Sequence record: SRR31156797_3034
Reading direction: 5' to 3' (one strand)
DNA: 52,675 nucleotides
A program made the translations under genes and the position numbers. Shown in pieces: positions 40,062 to 50,968 of the stretch. Position 1 is the first letter of the stretch. The number at the start of each line of letters is the position of its first letter. The notes beneath the pieces are model-generated. The model saw only the letters and a program-made list of their open reading frames with translations, searched no databases and had not been told where the DNA came from.

Positions 40062-43000
40062 TTATTCCTCATTCTCATTTTCTATATCTTGCTCTTCATT
40101 AGTATCTTCTTTAGTGTCAATTTCCTGACCGGCAGCTCCCTGACTTGATTTAATTGGTTCTAATCCGAATTTCTTAATAAAACGGTTTAAGCGACTTGCT
40201 GGCGCTGGGATAAATGTAAATCCACCTTCTTTTGATTTTCTGGCATCGGCATCAAGAGTTTGTACAGTAGTATTAAAGTACTCATTGGAAGAAAGAGTGT
40301 ACATCATCTTAGATTTATAACCAAAATAGAACCAGTTATCTTTATCAAAACTCAAAAACATTTCAAGAGAATTACCACTTCGTTTTTTTATTATTTCCGC
40401 TTTAATATCAACCTTTTTATTGATAACAAAATCCTTAATAAAGGCTAAGTCAGCTGTTCCATCTGCTACATATTTATGATATTTTCCATCAAATTTAAAA
40501 TCAACATTTCCAAACAGGAACATTTTATTAATCAAAGGATTAAGTTCTTCAAATTGTTTAATGGCTTTTTTATCATTAGTTATCTTTTTTGCCTCCTTAA
40601 TTCCAATCCATTCTGCCAGTCTTTTTTGAAAGCCTTCATCTGATTGTTTACTTTCAGCGGCAGAAGAGCCTGTTATGGAAGAAACCATTTGGTTTATTGC
40701 TATTTCGTTAAAAAAGAAGTCAATTCCTAACATGGTAGTCAGCGATATGTTTTCTTTTTGTGGGTCATCAACAATAGAACCAAATGATTGCAACTCAACT
40801 TGATCTAAGTCTACCCCCATATCCAGTTTTCCTTCAGCAATTAAGTTACATGTGGTGTTTGAATAACTAAATAATACACCAGTTGTGTCAGGATTTTCAA
40901 TTTTAGGTAAATAAGCTATTTCAAATGCATTTTGTTTTTCATTAAAGTACAAATGATCACCTGCAGTAATTATTGGAATATCGCTGTAGTCTTTACGATA
41001 ATTCAGGAATGTAGAATAAATATGAGACGAGTCTTTTGTAATATAAAAATCCCGGTATATTTTCTTACGTTCAAAATTAACAGGTTCTTCACCTATTGGA
41101 ATAATAACTTTAGAAGGGTCAATAACAGCATTAAAATAGGTGTATGTTTGTGGTCCGTCGGCACATTCGTGCAACATTTGTACGCCACCATCAAAGTTTA
41201 AATGTTGGCGAGAGGATAGAAGCTGTGTTTTTCCTCTAAAGGTAAAGTGCTTATCAAACGTAAACAGATCTTCTTTTACAATTACACCTTCAGCTGTTGT
41301 TTTTAAATCGTCATTTAGTTTTATCTCATTAAACTGTAATGTATATTTTTTGCCATCTCCATTCAAATAATCATACTCTCCATAGCCGGAATACTCGTTC
41401 TTTCCTTCAATTTTAAGATGGGAGTTATAAATGGTATGTGTAAAGCTGGAATCGTTGGCTAAAACAATTGAGGCACTGTCTAATGGAGCCATATCAGCAT
41501 TTTCGCGAATAGTAACAATTCCATCATTAAGTATGATGTTCGCATCAGCAACTTTAATGTTCTTTACTTCTTCCGCATAGATGACTTTGTTTTCTACATC
41601 ATAACGGGCAAGAGGTACTCTAAACTCTAAAGAATCTTGTCTACGGTGCGTAGATACAAAGCGGTTTCCTTCAGAACCACGGGCTCCCATAAAGATATTG
41701 TTCTTATCCATATCCCATGAAAATTCGCTGATATACGAAACGTATCGGTTATCGGAAAAGTTAACCTCACTACCGCCTACCTTAGACTGAAATTTTCCCT
41801 GACGTTCATTAAAATCAATATTTGAAATAAGGTTTGTTGTATTAAACGAAACTCCTTCTTCCATTGATGCACTTACCAAATTAAAGTCAGAAGAATCTGC
41901 AATAAAAGAGTGTCCTCCAAAAGTCATTGCCGGTGAAACCAGGTTGGCTTTGTCCATATAAAAAGTACCCTTACCGGTAGATCCATATTTAGAAACGGTT
42001 AGTTCGCCCTCTAACTGTGCTTCATTATTATACATGGTAAATGCCTCTTCCTGGCTTTTAGAGACGAGTTTATCTTTATATGGAAAATAATTAATGTAAT
42101 TGTAATTTGCTTGAACATCTGGATATTCTGTACCTTCTTCTCTTTTTTCAACCGTAAAATGATAAGCTTGTCCTTTGGCTTCTTCAGGCAGGAATAATAG
42201 ATTTTCCGATTCAGTTGTAGAAGTAAGATATTCCAATGTACCTGCACCTCTCAAACCTTGATTACTTAAATCAATATCGTTTGTAAATTGAGCTCGATGA
42301 TCATAAACATCATATCCTTCAGGAGGTGTTTTTCTTTTAAAACCTAGCGAATAGTCTTTTCGTACCGTAATGTTTTCTTTAAAAGTAGGGAAAATATTGG
42401 AAACAAAAGTACCGGTAAAGTCAAAGTTTTTCGCAGATAGTTTACTAATGCTATCCATTGAAAAGGTATCTAGCCTAAAGTAAAACTTTTCTCTATCATA
42501 TTTACCTCCTTGTACTTCCGGTTTGTCGTAATAAACAAAGGATTCCGATGAACTATGTAGAATGGGGTATTCGCTGTAATAATTATTACCGGATTTATTG
42601 TCAGGCTTATCAATACTTAAAGAACCGGAAAGACTTTCAATCGCATTGTTTACGTAAGTAAGTTTAGGCTGACCAAAATAATCTAATTCTCCCGTTTGAA
42701 CTTTCATTCGTACAGAATCAATATTTTTCATATCAATCAAAAACTTATCGTAATCAAACTTAAAACCATCACCATAAAGATTTAGCATTCCAGCATTAAT
42801 AGCACCATTAAAACTAAAATTACGATTTCGTTTCAGTAGTATTTTCTCGTTTTCAGGAAAGAAAACAACATTCTGATTATCAGAAATAGAAATAGATTGT
42901 ACTCCATTAATATTTAAGTCGTAGTTTAATAAGTCTAGCGTTGCATTGGGAACGCTTCCCGGTGTATGAGAAACAAAGCGGATAACGTCATAGTCTTTTT

Positions 43001-44564
43001 TTCCTAACCTAAATTGCAGATAATCTTCCAGACGTTGTCTGATTTCAATTTGATCAGTATTTACGTTATAGCCAACAAAACCATAGAATGATAGTTGAAT
43101 TATTTGCTGCCTGATTTGACTTTCCGGCATTCGCATCATCTCGGCATAATCCTTGGCAGTAAAAGGTTTCCCTCTAAAATATTTAGAACAGTCTTTTAGC
43201 CCTTGTAAGGGATGGACTGCATCCATTCCTTGCAGTTGATTATAAAAGTTCTCTCTGAAATAACTCAGGGATTCAAATTCACCATGGTTTTGTGCGGCAC
43301 CGGAAACCATTTTTAAATCCATGGTTAAACTATTAATCTCCCATGTTAAGAGTTCTATATCCATACTAACATTGTGGAATGTATTAAAGTAGGGACTTAG
43401 AGCCAATCCTTCACCGTTTCTAATTAAGTGTATTTCATTTAAATCCACCATAAACTTGAACGTAAGTCCCGGATGATAGATGTAATTGCTATCCATCCTG
43501 AACTTAATTTCGGTATCTGTGCTTAGAATTTGATCCTTACGAAGGGCAAAATACAAGGATTTGGCTGTAAGAAATACGGTATCATTTCTGTAAATAGTAA
43601 TGGTTGCTGGATTTTCATATGTTCCGGAACCTAGGAATTTTGCTCCGTTTTGTGAGAATCCTCCTTCGTAATTTATATCAGGGTGTATGTTATCTAACGT
43701 AAAACGTTGTTCTACTGATGTAAATTGAGGGTAGGTTGCACTGGAAGGAGTTTTAATATTCATCACCTTGTGCCTTAAAGTACCATTTAAGGGGTGATCA
43801 AAATAAATGGTGTTGTAAAATTCAACAGAATCCAGTTCGATAAAAGATTGCTTCAAAGGTAACTTATAATAGCCAAAGGTTGCATTTACCTGATCGGCAC
43901 TAAATCCTGATCTTTCCCAGGTAATTCTACCTTTTTCTCCTTCCCAAATATTGGTAGTGTAATTGAACTTACCTTTTGTATCGAAAACCTTTATACTGTC
44001 ATTTTTTGAAAAACAGGTTAAGGTAAGATTAGGGAAAGTTCCTATTAATTCTTTATCCTCGTAACTAAGAGTCCATTTGTTGTTGTCAGACTTCCACTGA
44101 TTAGAAGGCGTGGAATAAATAACGTTTTCAGAAAGTAATTCGGAGGTGATTTCCAAAAACTGGTTTATTTTTCGTAGAGGGTATCTTCTTTTATCGATTT
44201 GATCAGTAACAGCTTGAATCCACGCTTGTAAACTGGTAGGATCTAAGTCGGATTGAACAAATTCTCTAATAATAGTTAAGTATGTTTCGTAATCCGGAAT
44301 AGGGCGTGCTTTTTTTAAAGCGAGACCATTGCATTGTTTTATAATCAGTTTTTTACTCTCTTCAGATGTTTCCGGGTTAATCCAAAAGGATTCCAGTTCT
44401 TCGATATATTCTTTTGCATATTTCTTATCAGCTATTGATTTAAAGAGTTCTTCCATTTTAGGAATAAACTCTTCATTGTTATCAGTAAATAAGGTGCTGG
44501 CGTTTTGAGAAAAGCAAAAAGTGCTGAAAAATGTGAATATTAGTAGTGTAGAAAAAATCTTCAT
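40062..44564 (-). CDS. Large (1500 aa) exported hypothetical protein
   Basis: Single long ORF with signal peptide, beta-rich, internal repeats and acidic C-tail; starts 10 bp after prmA. Confidence 0.85.
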   Translation of the reverse strand: MKIFSTLLIFTFFSTFCFSQNASTLFTDNNEEFIPKMEELFKSIADKKYAKEYIEELESFWINPETSEESKKLIIKQCNGLALKKARPIPDYETYLTIIREFVQSDLDPTSLQAWIQAVTDQIDKRRYPLRKINQFLEITSELLSENVIYSTPSNQWKSDNNKWTLSYEDKELIGTFPNLTLTCFSKNDSIKVFDTKGKFNYTTNIWEGEKGRITWERSGFSADQVNATFGYYKLPLKQSFIELDSVEFYNTIYFDHPLNGTLRHKVMNIKTPSSATYPQFTSVEQRFTLDNIHPDINYEGGFSQNGAKFLGSGTYENPATITIYRNDTVFLTAKSLYFALRKDQILSTDTEIKFRMDSNYIYHPGLTFKFMVDLNEIHLIRNGEGLALSPYFNTFHNVSMDIELLTWEINSLTMDLKMVSGAAQNHGEFESLSYFRENFYNQLQGMDAVHPLQGLKDCSKYFRGKPFTAKDYAEMMRMPESQIRQQIIQLSFYGFVGYNVNTDQIEIRQRLEDYLQFRLGKKDYDVIRFVSHTPGSVPNATLDLLNYDLNINGVQSISISDNQNVVFFPENEKILLKRNRNFSFNGAINAGMLNLYGDGFKFDYDKFLIDMKNIDSVRMKVQTGELDYFGQPKLTYVNNAIESLSGSLSIDKPDNKSGNNYYSEYPILHSSSESFVYYDKPEVQGGKYDREKFYFRLDTFSMDSISKLSAKNFDFTGTFVSNIFPTFKENITVRKDYSLGFKRKTPPEGYDVYDHRAQFTNDIDLSNQGLRGAGTLEYLTSTTESENLLFLPEEAKGQAYHFTVEKREEGTEYPDVQANYNYINYFPYKDKLVSKSQEEAFTMYNNEAQLEGELTVSKYGSTGKGTFYMDKANLVSPAMTFGGHSFIADSSDFNLVSASMEEGVSFNTTNLISNIDFNERQGKFQSKVGGSEVNFSDNRYVSYISEFSWDMDKNNIFMGARGSEGNRFVSTHRRQDSLEFRVPLARYDVENKVIYAEEVKNIKVADANIILNDGIVTIRENADMAPLDSASIVLANDSSFTHTIYNSHLKIEGKNEYSGYGEYDYLNGDGKKYTLQFNEIKLNDDLKTTAEGVIVKEDLFTFDKHFTFRGKTQLLSSRQHLNFDGGVQMLHECADGPQTYTYFNAVIDPSKVIIPIGEEPVNFERKKIYRDFYITKDSSHIYSTFLNYRKDYSDIPIITAGDHLYFNEKQNAFEIAYLPKIENPDTTGVLFSYSNTTCNLIAEGKLDMGVDLDQVELQSFGSIVDDPQKENISLTTMLGIDFFFNEIAINQMVSSITGSSAAESKQSDEGFQKRLAEWIGIKEAKKITNDKKAIKQFEELNPLINKMFLFGNVDFKFDGKYHKYVADGTADLAFIKDFVINKKVDIKAEIIKKRSGNSLEMFLSFDKDNWFYFGYKSKMMYTLSSNEYFNTTVQTLDADARKSKEGGFTFIPAPASRLNRFIKKFGLEPIKSSQGAAGQEIDTKEDTNEEQDIENENEE

Positions 44565-44574
44565 AAGCTATTCT

Positions 44575-45417
44575 TTATTCAGAAAGCATATACGCAACTG
44601 CTACCCAATTGTTATCTTCTTTAATACCTTTTTGTAACAAGTTATTAACAGAGCAAACTTCGTTGATGGCTTGAATATCGTGCTGGTAAAAACCACTTAA
44701 AAGTAATGTTCCTCCTTTTTTTAACACCTGGCAGTATTTTGATATATCTTCCAATAAAATATTACGATTAATGTTAGCTAAGATAATATCAAATTGTGTA
44801 TTGCCCAATAAAGATGCATCGCCACATTGTACTTCCATATTATTAATGTTGTTCATGGTGATGTTTTCGTTGGCGTTATTAAAAGCCCACTCTTCAATAT
44901 CAATTCCGAGTACTTTTTTAGCGCCTCGTTGTGCAGCTAATATTCCTAAAATACCGGTTCCACATCCCATATCGAGTACATTTCTATCTTCGAAATCCAT
45001 CTCCAGAATATGTTTCATCATTAAACCGGTAGTTTCATGATGTCCGGTTCCGAAAGCCATTTTTGGTTCAATCAATATTTCATATTCTGTTTTAGGAACA
45101 TCGGTATGAAACGGACTTTTTACTACACATTTATCATCAATAATGATGGGATTAAAAAAGTGTTTTTCCCAGGTTTCGTTCCAGTTTTGTTCCGGCATTT
45201 CTTCTGATTCGTAGGTAATAGAGAATGCTTCATTTTGCATTATCATTAAGCTCTCTATATCATCTTTACTAAAAGAAGGAGTAGGAATATAGGCATTTAT
45301 ACCAGTTTCTGAATCTTCAAAGCTGTCATAATCTAACTGTGCTAGTTCAGCAGTCAATATTTCTCTGGCGATTTCGGTATTTGGTTCTATGGTGAATTTG
45401 ACTTGTGTGTATTCCAT
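44575..45417 (-). CDS. prmA: Ribosomal protein L11 methyltransferase
   Basis: NWNETWE, IEPKMAFGTGHHETT, VLDMGCGTGILG, ILANINRNIL, LLLSGF. Confidence 0.95.
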   Translation of the reverse strand: MEYTQVKFTIEPNTEIAREILTAELAQLDYDSFEDSETGINAYIPTPSFSKDDIESLMIMQNEAFSITYESEEMPEQNWNETWEKHFFNPIIIDDKCVVKSPFHTDVPKTEYEILIEPKMAFGTGHHETTGLMMKHILEMDFEDRNVLDMGCGTGILGILAAQRGAKKVLGIDIEEWAFNNANENITMNNINNMEVQCGDASLLGNTQFDIILANINRNILLEDISKYCQVLKKGGTLLLSGFYQHDIQAINEVCSVNNLLQKGIKEDNNWVAVAYMLSE

Positions 45418-45559
45418 TGGATTTTATAAGATAATTTTAATCTGTTGTAAATTGCAAAAGTAGAAAAATGATCTTGAATCAATATGTTTGAAGATGGATT
45501 TAAATTTGAATAAAATCATTAAAACTCTAATTTTGCTTGAAATCATTATTTAATTTCTT

Positions 45560-46366
45560 ATGAATTTACAACTCAAACTTAATCCGTCACAACATCTAAA
45601 AACTTATTTATTTCTTCGCAATTATATGACTTCTTTAGGATTTCTTGCGTTTGCCTTTGGCATTATATTCTCCATGGCAGATAATTCGTATTTAGACATT
45701 AGTTCGATAAAAATAAACTCTTCGAAGTTAGAGAATACAAATGGTATCATTAAAGATTTTTTTACTGTTAGTGAAACATTTAAAGGAGAGTTTGTTGTTG
45801 TATATCATTATGAAATGTATCATCCTACATTAGGCATAACTACTGGAAAATCTTTTGCTAAGAATGTATTTCTAAATAAAGGGGATCAAGTAGAAATTGA
45901 ATATGTAAAGGAAACTCCTTTAATAAATAGAATTAAGGGTATGTCAAATTCTTATGTAAGTGAGTTTTCTATTATTTCAGGTGTCGTTTGCTTAGTTGGC
46001 TTTATATTTCTTTTTATTGGAGTAAGAAAGACGAATAGGTTTATGAATGAAATAAACAATTCGTTTGTAACTACAGCTAAATTAATCAAGAAACCAAGTA
46101 CCAAACTTATGGAAGGTACAAGGTATTTTATATGTGATTTCGAGTTTATAACAAAGGAGGGTAATATTATAAATATTCATAAAGAAATTACTAATGCATT
46201 GAATGTGCTTGATGATGAGAATGAGTTTATTATTTATGATAAAAGAAATCCGAATATAAACTATTTTGTTGATAGGTTGCCGACAAAATTAAAAGTATAC
46301 ATATACAATGAGCTTAATTTGGAAAATATTGAGCAAAAAAAAGCCATCTATAAAGATGGCTTTTAA
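45560..46366 (+). CDS. Hypothetical membrane protein (DUF3592-like)
   Basis: TM, beta domain (KGDQVEIEY...P), TM, second beta domain; very AT-rich. Confidence 0.6.
   Translation: MNLQLKLNPSQHLKTYLFLRNYMTSLGFLAFAFGIIFSMADNSYLDISSIKINSSKLENTNGIIKDFFTVSETFKGEFVVVYHYEMYHPTLGITTGKSFAKNVFLNKGDQVEIEYVKETPLINRIKGMSNSYVSEFSIISGVVCLVGFIFLFIGVRKTNRFMNEINNSFVTTAKLIKKPSTKLMEGTRYFICDFEFITKEGNIINIHKEITNALNVLDDENEFIIYDKRNPNINYFVDRLPTKLKVYIYNELNLENIEQKKAIYKDGF
46335..46364 (-). terminator. tpiA intrinsic terminator (possibly bidirectional)
   Basis: AAAAGCCATCT-ATAA-AGATGGCTTTT with an 8-A run (U-tract on the minus strand). Confidence 0.75.
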
Positions 46367-46384
46367 ATCATATTTTATTTCAGC

Positions 46385-47140
46385 TTAAAAAGCATCGATA
46401 ATTCCAACGAAATCTGTAGCTTTTAAAGAAGCACCACCAATTAATCCGCCATCAACATCAGCGTTAGCGAATAATTCTTTTGCATTATCAGGTTTACAGC
46501 TTCCTCCGTAAAGGATAGAAATACCATCAGCTACATCAGCACCATATTTGTCAGCAATAACTGAACGAATATAAGCGTGAATTTCTTGAGCTTGCTCAGG
46601 AGTAGCAACTTTACCAGTACCGATTGCCCAAACTGGTTCGTAAGCAATTACAATTTTAGCGAAATCTTCAGCAGAAAGGTGGAATAAAGCCTCTTCGATT
46701 TGAGTTTTAACCACTTCATTTTGCTTGTTAGCTTCTCTTTCTTCTAGTACCTCACCAATACAGAAAATAGGAGTTAAACCGGTTGCTAAAGTTAAATCAG
46801 TTTTATCTTTTAGTGTAGCATTTGTTTCTCCATAGTACTCTCTTCTTTCAGAGTGACCAAGGATTACATAACCAGCACCAGTTGATTTTACCATAGAAGC
46901 AGAAATCTCACCAGTGTATGCACCAGATTCTTTGTCGGCACAGTTTTGTGCAGCAACACCAACTTTTTCAGCATCAACAGCTTTTACTACTTCAGTAATG
47001 TGAGTAGCAGGAACACCTACAACTACTTTACAGTTTGGCGTTTTTGAAGCTAAAATGTTGTTTAACTCAGTTGCTAATTCTACCCCTTCTTGTAGGGTTT
47101 TGTTCATTTTCCAGTTTCCGGCAACAATGTTTTGTCTCAT
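46385..47140 (-). CDS. tpiA: Triosephosphate isomerase
   Basis: [38 protein letters not shown]. Confidence 0.98.
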   Translation of the reverse strand: MRQNIVAGNWKMNKTLQEGVELATELNNILASKTPNCKVVVGVPATHITEVVKAVDAEKVGVAAQNCADKESGAYTGEISASMVKSTGAGYVILGHSERREYYGETNATLKDKTDLTLATGLTPIFCIGEVLEEREANKQNEVVKTQIEEALFHLSAEDFAKIVIAYEPVWAIGTGKVATPEQAQEIHAYIRSVIADKYGADVADGISILYGGSCKPDNAKELFANADVDGGLIGGASLKATDFVGIIDAF

Positions 47141-47162
47141 CGTAAAAATGTTTGTTATTGAA

Positions 47163-48395
47163 TTATATTGATTTATTTCTTTTTAAAAGCAGGCTTAATA
47201 TCAAAACGCTGACAAATATCAGCATAAAAATGATAATTCGGTTATGCTTTTCGTTAAATTCTTTTAAACTATAAGATATCGGGTTTGTAAATGCACTGGC
47301 TTCGGGTAAATCGTTGAAATGCCATTTGGCAATTACATTTCCTTTTTGCAACAATACTAAACCCGGATTTGATCGTATAATCGTTTTAAGCATGGTTTCA
47401 TCAGCACCTAAATAGTTAAAACCACCATCACCATCAAATTCAAACTTGGTAATATCATCATCGGGAGAGGAGGTTAAAAACCAGGTTTGCATACCTTTTT
47501 CGAATAAGGTGTTTTTAATATCAATGATTTTTTTCTCAATACCATCAGACCAGGTTCCTTTTGAAATTTGTGAGGAGATAACCAAAAGTACAGGCGTATC
47601 ACTATTTAAAATATTAGCAGCTTGATCAATACCATCAGCATCAGTCAATACAAAATCGTGAATAGGAGGCTCATAACCTTTATTAATCACTTTAGTTTCG
47701 TTGCTAATAAAACCCCAGGTACTATCGTTATACGGATAATCAGATGCCGTAAAAACCTTTTGAACGCCATCCTTCTCCATTAAAAAAGTGGTTTCATAAA
47801 CAGCTTGTTCTGCATCTTCAGGAATACTCATACCTTCGCTAATGTTATTTCCAACTTTAAAAGGTCTGAAATCCAACAGAGGTAAATGTTGATATGAGAA
47901 TTGAGATATACCTAAAATACCTGCTGTAAAAAAGATGGTAATCATCCATTTATTAGCCCATTTAATATTATCTGTAAATGTTTTTCTGAAATAAAATAAA
48001 TGAATGGCAGGAACAGAAATAACCAGGTTTTTGAAAAATGTTTGCCAGTTGGTCAGTTTAAGTGCATCACCAAAACAACCACAATCGGTTACCGGGTTAC
48101 TAATAGCAGCATATAAAGTAAGTGGGGTGAAGATAGCCATAAAGATGATAGCTATCCACGAAAAGGTTTTAAGCCTGATTCCTATTAACAGATGTAAACC
48201 CGTGATAAATTCCAGTGCTGCAACAATAAAAGCAGCCGGTAAGGCCAAAGATATAAGACCTTCCATATGAAAGGCACTTAAGTAATCGCTAAATTTAATG
48301 GCACTTCCCAGAGGGTCAACAGCTTTAACAAAGCCTGAAAAAATAAACGTTGTTCCTACAAGTATTCTGCTAATTAAATATAACAATCGGTTCAT
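47163..48395 (-). CDS. BT_3928-family DoxX/MauE membrane protein
   Basis: [39 protein letters not shown]; upstream of tpiA. Confidence 0.85.
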   Translation of the reverse strand: MNRLLYLISRILVGTTFIFSGFVKAVDPLGSAIKFSDYLSAFHMEGLISLALPAAFIVAALEFITGLHLLIGIRLKTFSWIAIIFMAIFTPLTLYAAISNPVTDCGCFGDALKLTNWQTFFKNLVISVPAIHLFYFRKTFTDNIKWANKWMITIFFTAGILGISQFSYQHLPLLDFRPFKVGNNISEGMSIPEDAEQAVYETTFLMEKDGVQKVFTASDYPYNDSTWGFISNETKVINKGYEPPIHDFVLTDADGIDQAANILNSDTPVLLVISSQISKGTWSDGIEKKIIDIKNTLFEKGMQTWFLTSSPDDDITKFEFDGDGGFNYLGADETMLKTIIRSNPGLVLLQKGNVIAKWHFNDLPEASAFTNPISYSLKEFNEKHNRIIIFMLIFVSVLILSLLLKRNKSI

Positions 48396-48399
48396 AGTG

Positions 48400-48966
48400 T
48401 TATTCTTTAGAGGTAATAGAATCGTCAGGAAAATCCAATTGAATCATTGCAAAAATGGCATAATTAATCATGTCCAGGTAATTGGCATCTATTCCTTCCG
48501 AAATAATGGTTTTTCCTTCGTTGTCTTCAATTTGCTTGGTGCGATGAAGTTTCATCAAAATTAAATCGGTAAAAGAACTGATGCGCATGCTTCGCCAGGC
48601 TTCGTCGTAATCGTGGTTTTTATCCGACATCAGATTTTTTGCCTTATATATATTATCCAGATAAAGCTTTAAGGCTTCATCCTGATCCATTTCAGGGCTA
48701 TCTGAAGGACCCAGTTCTAACTGGATAATAGCCATGGCAGCATAATTAATAATACCGATAAACTCCGAACGCACTCCTTCATCTACTTTAGAAACGCCTT
48801 TGGTTTCGATGCTTCTGATGCGTTGTGCTTTAATAAATATTTGATCGGTCATGGAAGAGGGACGAAGAATACGCCATGCGGTTCCGTAGTCTTTCATCTT
48901 TTTGGCAAAAATATCTTTGCAGACATTAATTACATGCTCAAACTGCTGATCTGTTTTTTGCGACAT
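48400..48966 (-). CDS. DUF1599 domain protein
   Basis: Duplicated motif KMKDYGTAWR / KNHDYDEAWR, DMINYAIFA. Confidence 0.88.
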   Translation of the reverse strand: MSQKTDQQFEHVINVCKDIFAKKMKDYGTAWRILRPSSMTDQIFIKAQRIRSIETKGVSKVDEGVRSEFIGIINYAAMAIIQLELGPSDSPEMDQDEALKLYLDNIYKAKNLMSDKNHDYDEAWRSMRISSFTDLILMKLHRTKQIEDNEGKTIISEGIDANYLDMINYAIFAMIQLDFPDDSITSKE

Positions 48967-49092
48967 AATAGTTTTTGAAATTGAAGCGTAAAAGTAAAAA
49001 AATATGCTTAAACGACCATTAAAAATATTTTAGCACAAGGTTCAGGTTATAAAAATACCCGGTTCTCATCTACTTAAAGCACTTCTGTAATT

Positions 49093-49260
49093 CATATTTT
49101 TGCTTCTTTAACCCATAAAAACGAGACTGCAACACGTACAAACACCTCTTGAAATCACAAAAGTGACTCTTTGTCACATAAAAAGGGGTCTGCGAGTTAC
49201 AAAAACTACTCTGGAACACATCTTAACGGGTCTGGAACACATAAAAGTGACTCTTTGTCA
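49093..49260. repeat. Degenerate 21-bp tandem array, 8 units
   Basis: Units start at 49093, 49114, 49135, 49156, 49177, 49198, 49219 and 49240; units 4 and 8 are identical at 20/21 positions. Confidence 0.7.
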
Positions 49261-49321
49261 GAAAAAATGCGTTTAGTTAAATAGACTTTGAGTATGTTCA
49301 TGTAACTGAGCTAAACGCTAT

Positions 49322-50968
49322 CTATTGAACAATCTGCGATTTAGCAAAAGTTACTGCTTCGCTAAAGCCTTCAAATATATTTTCTTTTCCAATTTTATTG
49401 ATGATATCATTGTTTTCAAAAGTCTTGTAAACATCAGCATTAACACCGGATATAACAATTTGAACACCTTTGTTTTTTAATGTATTGATGGTGCCCTTAA
49501 AATTATGGATAGCGGTTTGATCAACAAACGAAACATGGCGCATACGAATGATGATGATCTTATGCTTTAAGCCAATACTTTCAATCACTCTTGCATAGGT
49601 TTTGGCAGTTCCAAAAAATAAGGGGCCGCTAATTTCATAAATGGTAATATCCTTAGGGATATCCGAGTAATCTTCAATAATATCTGTATCAACGATGTTA
49701 TTAATCTTTTTATCTGCGATATCTGACATGCGTTTCATAAATAAAAGTGCCGATAATACTACACCTACTTCAATGGCGATGGTTAAATCAACTAATACCG
49801 TTAATATAAATGTGGTTAATAATATTATGATGTCGAAGTAACCTGCTTTAAAAATGGAAACAAAAGAACGCCATTCACTCATATTGTATGAAACCACTAT
49901 TAATATACCTGCCAGGCAAGACATTGGAATCATTTTAGCCCATTGTCCAAAGAACAGCATAATAATTAACAAGGTTATGGCATGCATTATTCCGGCAATG
50001 GGTGTTCTACCACCATTTTTAACATTGGTAGCCGTACGGGCAATTGCTCCGGTAGCAGGAATTCCGCCAAAAAATGGCGTTACAATATTGGCTACTCCCT
50101 GTGCAATCAGTTCTGTATTGGAGCGATGTTTTCCGCCTATCATACCATCTGCTACCACGGCTGATAGCAATGATTCTATACCACCTAAAAGGGCAATGGT
50201 GATGGCAGGTGCAATATATCCCGGAATGTCGGCTAATTGAAAACTAGGTGTTTCTATGCTTATTTGATTAGGAATATCGCCAAAGAACGTTTCAATGGTA
50301 GTAACCGGAATATCGAATAGCTGCACAACTAATGTCATTAGTATAATGGCGATAAAAGAACCTGGTATTTTTGAAAATACCTTTTTGCTATATACAGTCA
50401 GTAATATAGTAACAAGAGTAATGGTTACTGCATAAAAATTAATGCTATGCATATTGGTGAAAAAGGCAGCCCATTTATGTATAAATTCAGATGGAACATG
50501 ATCGATGCTTAGCCCCAAAGCATCTTTAATTTGAGTAGAAAAAATAACTAAAGCAATACCACTGGTAAATCCAACAATTAATGGTTGAGGAATGTACTTA
50601 AGTAAACTGCCCAGCTTAAGTAAGCCAAATATAACGAGCATAATACCGGCTAATATGGTGGAAATTAATAGCCCATTAATACCGTATTGCTGAATAATTC
50701 CAAATACAATAACGATAAAAGCTCCGGTTGGACCTCCAATCTGCACTCGGCTACCTCCTAAAAATGAAATGATAAATCCGGCCACAACCGCTGTAATAAG
50801 GCCTTTTTCAGGAGATACTCCCGATGCTACCGCAAAAGCAATGGCCAAAGGTAGTGCTACAATACCTACCACAACACCCGCCATTGCATCAGATGCAATC
50901 TGTTTTTTACTAATACCTGCTTTTACCAAAGTAAATAGCTTAGGACTAAATAAGCTGTTCATTTTCAT
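49322..50968 (-). CDS. SulP/SLC26 anion transporter with STAS domain
   Basis: VALPLAIAFA, QIGGPTGAF, ESLLSAVVAD, PATGAIARTATN, GPLFFG, STAS tail. Confidence 0.93.
   Translation of the reverse strand: MKMNSLFSPKLFTLVKAGISKKQIASDAMAGVVVGIVALPLAIAFAVASGVSPEKGLITAVVAGFIISFLGGSRVQIGGPTGAFIVIVFGIIQQYGINGLLISTILAGIMLVIFGLLKLGSLLKYIPQPLIVGFTSGIALVIFSTQIKDALGLSIDHVPSEFIHKWAAFFTNMHSINFYAVTITLVTILLTVYSKKVFSKIPGSFIAIILMTLVVQLFDIPVTTIETFFGDIPNQISIETPSFQLADIPGYIAPAITIALLGGIESLLSAVVADGMIGGKHRSNTELIAQGVANIVTPFFGGIPATGAIARTATNVKNGGRTPIAGIMHAITLLIIMLFFGQWAKMIPMSCLAGILIVVSYNMSEWRSFVSIFKAGYFDIIILLTTFILTVLVDLTIAIEVGVVLSALLFMKRMSDIADKKINNIVDTDIIEDYSDIPKDITIYEISGPLFFGTAKTYARVIESIGLKHKIIIIRMRHVSFVDQTAIHNFKGTINTLKNKGVQIVISGVNADVYKTFENNDIINKIGKENIFEGFSEAVTFAKSQIVQ

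Noticed and set aside
49093-49260. CRISPR array
   Set aside because: Units are contiguous 21-mers with no constant repeat/unique spacer alternation, and there are no cas genes in the window
49269-49318. GCGTTTAG...CTAAACGC inverted repeat as mobile element ends
   Set aside because: It lies just after the sulP stop with an A-run on the appropriate side, so it is more simply a large-loop terminator; no transposase or target duplication
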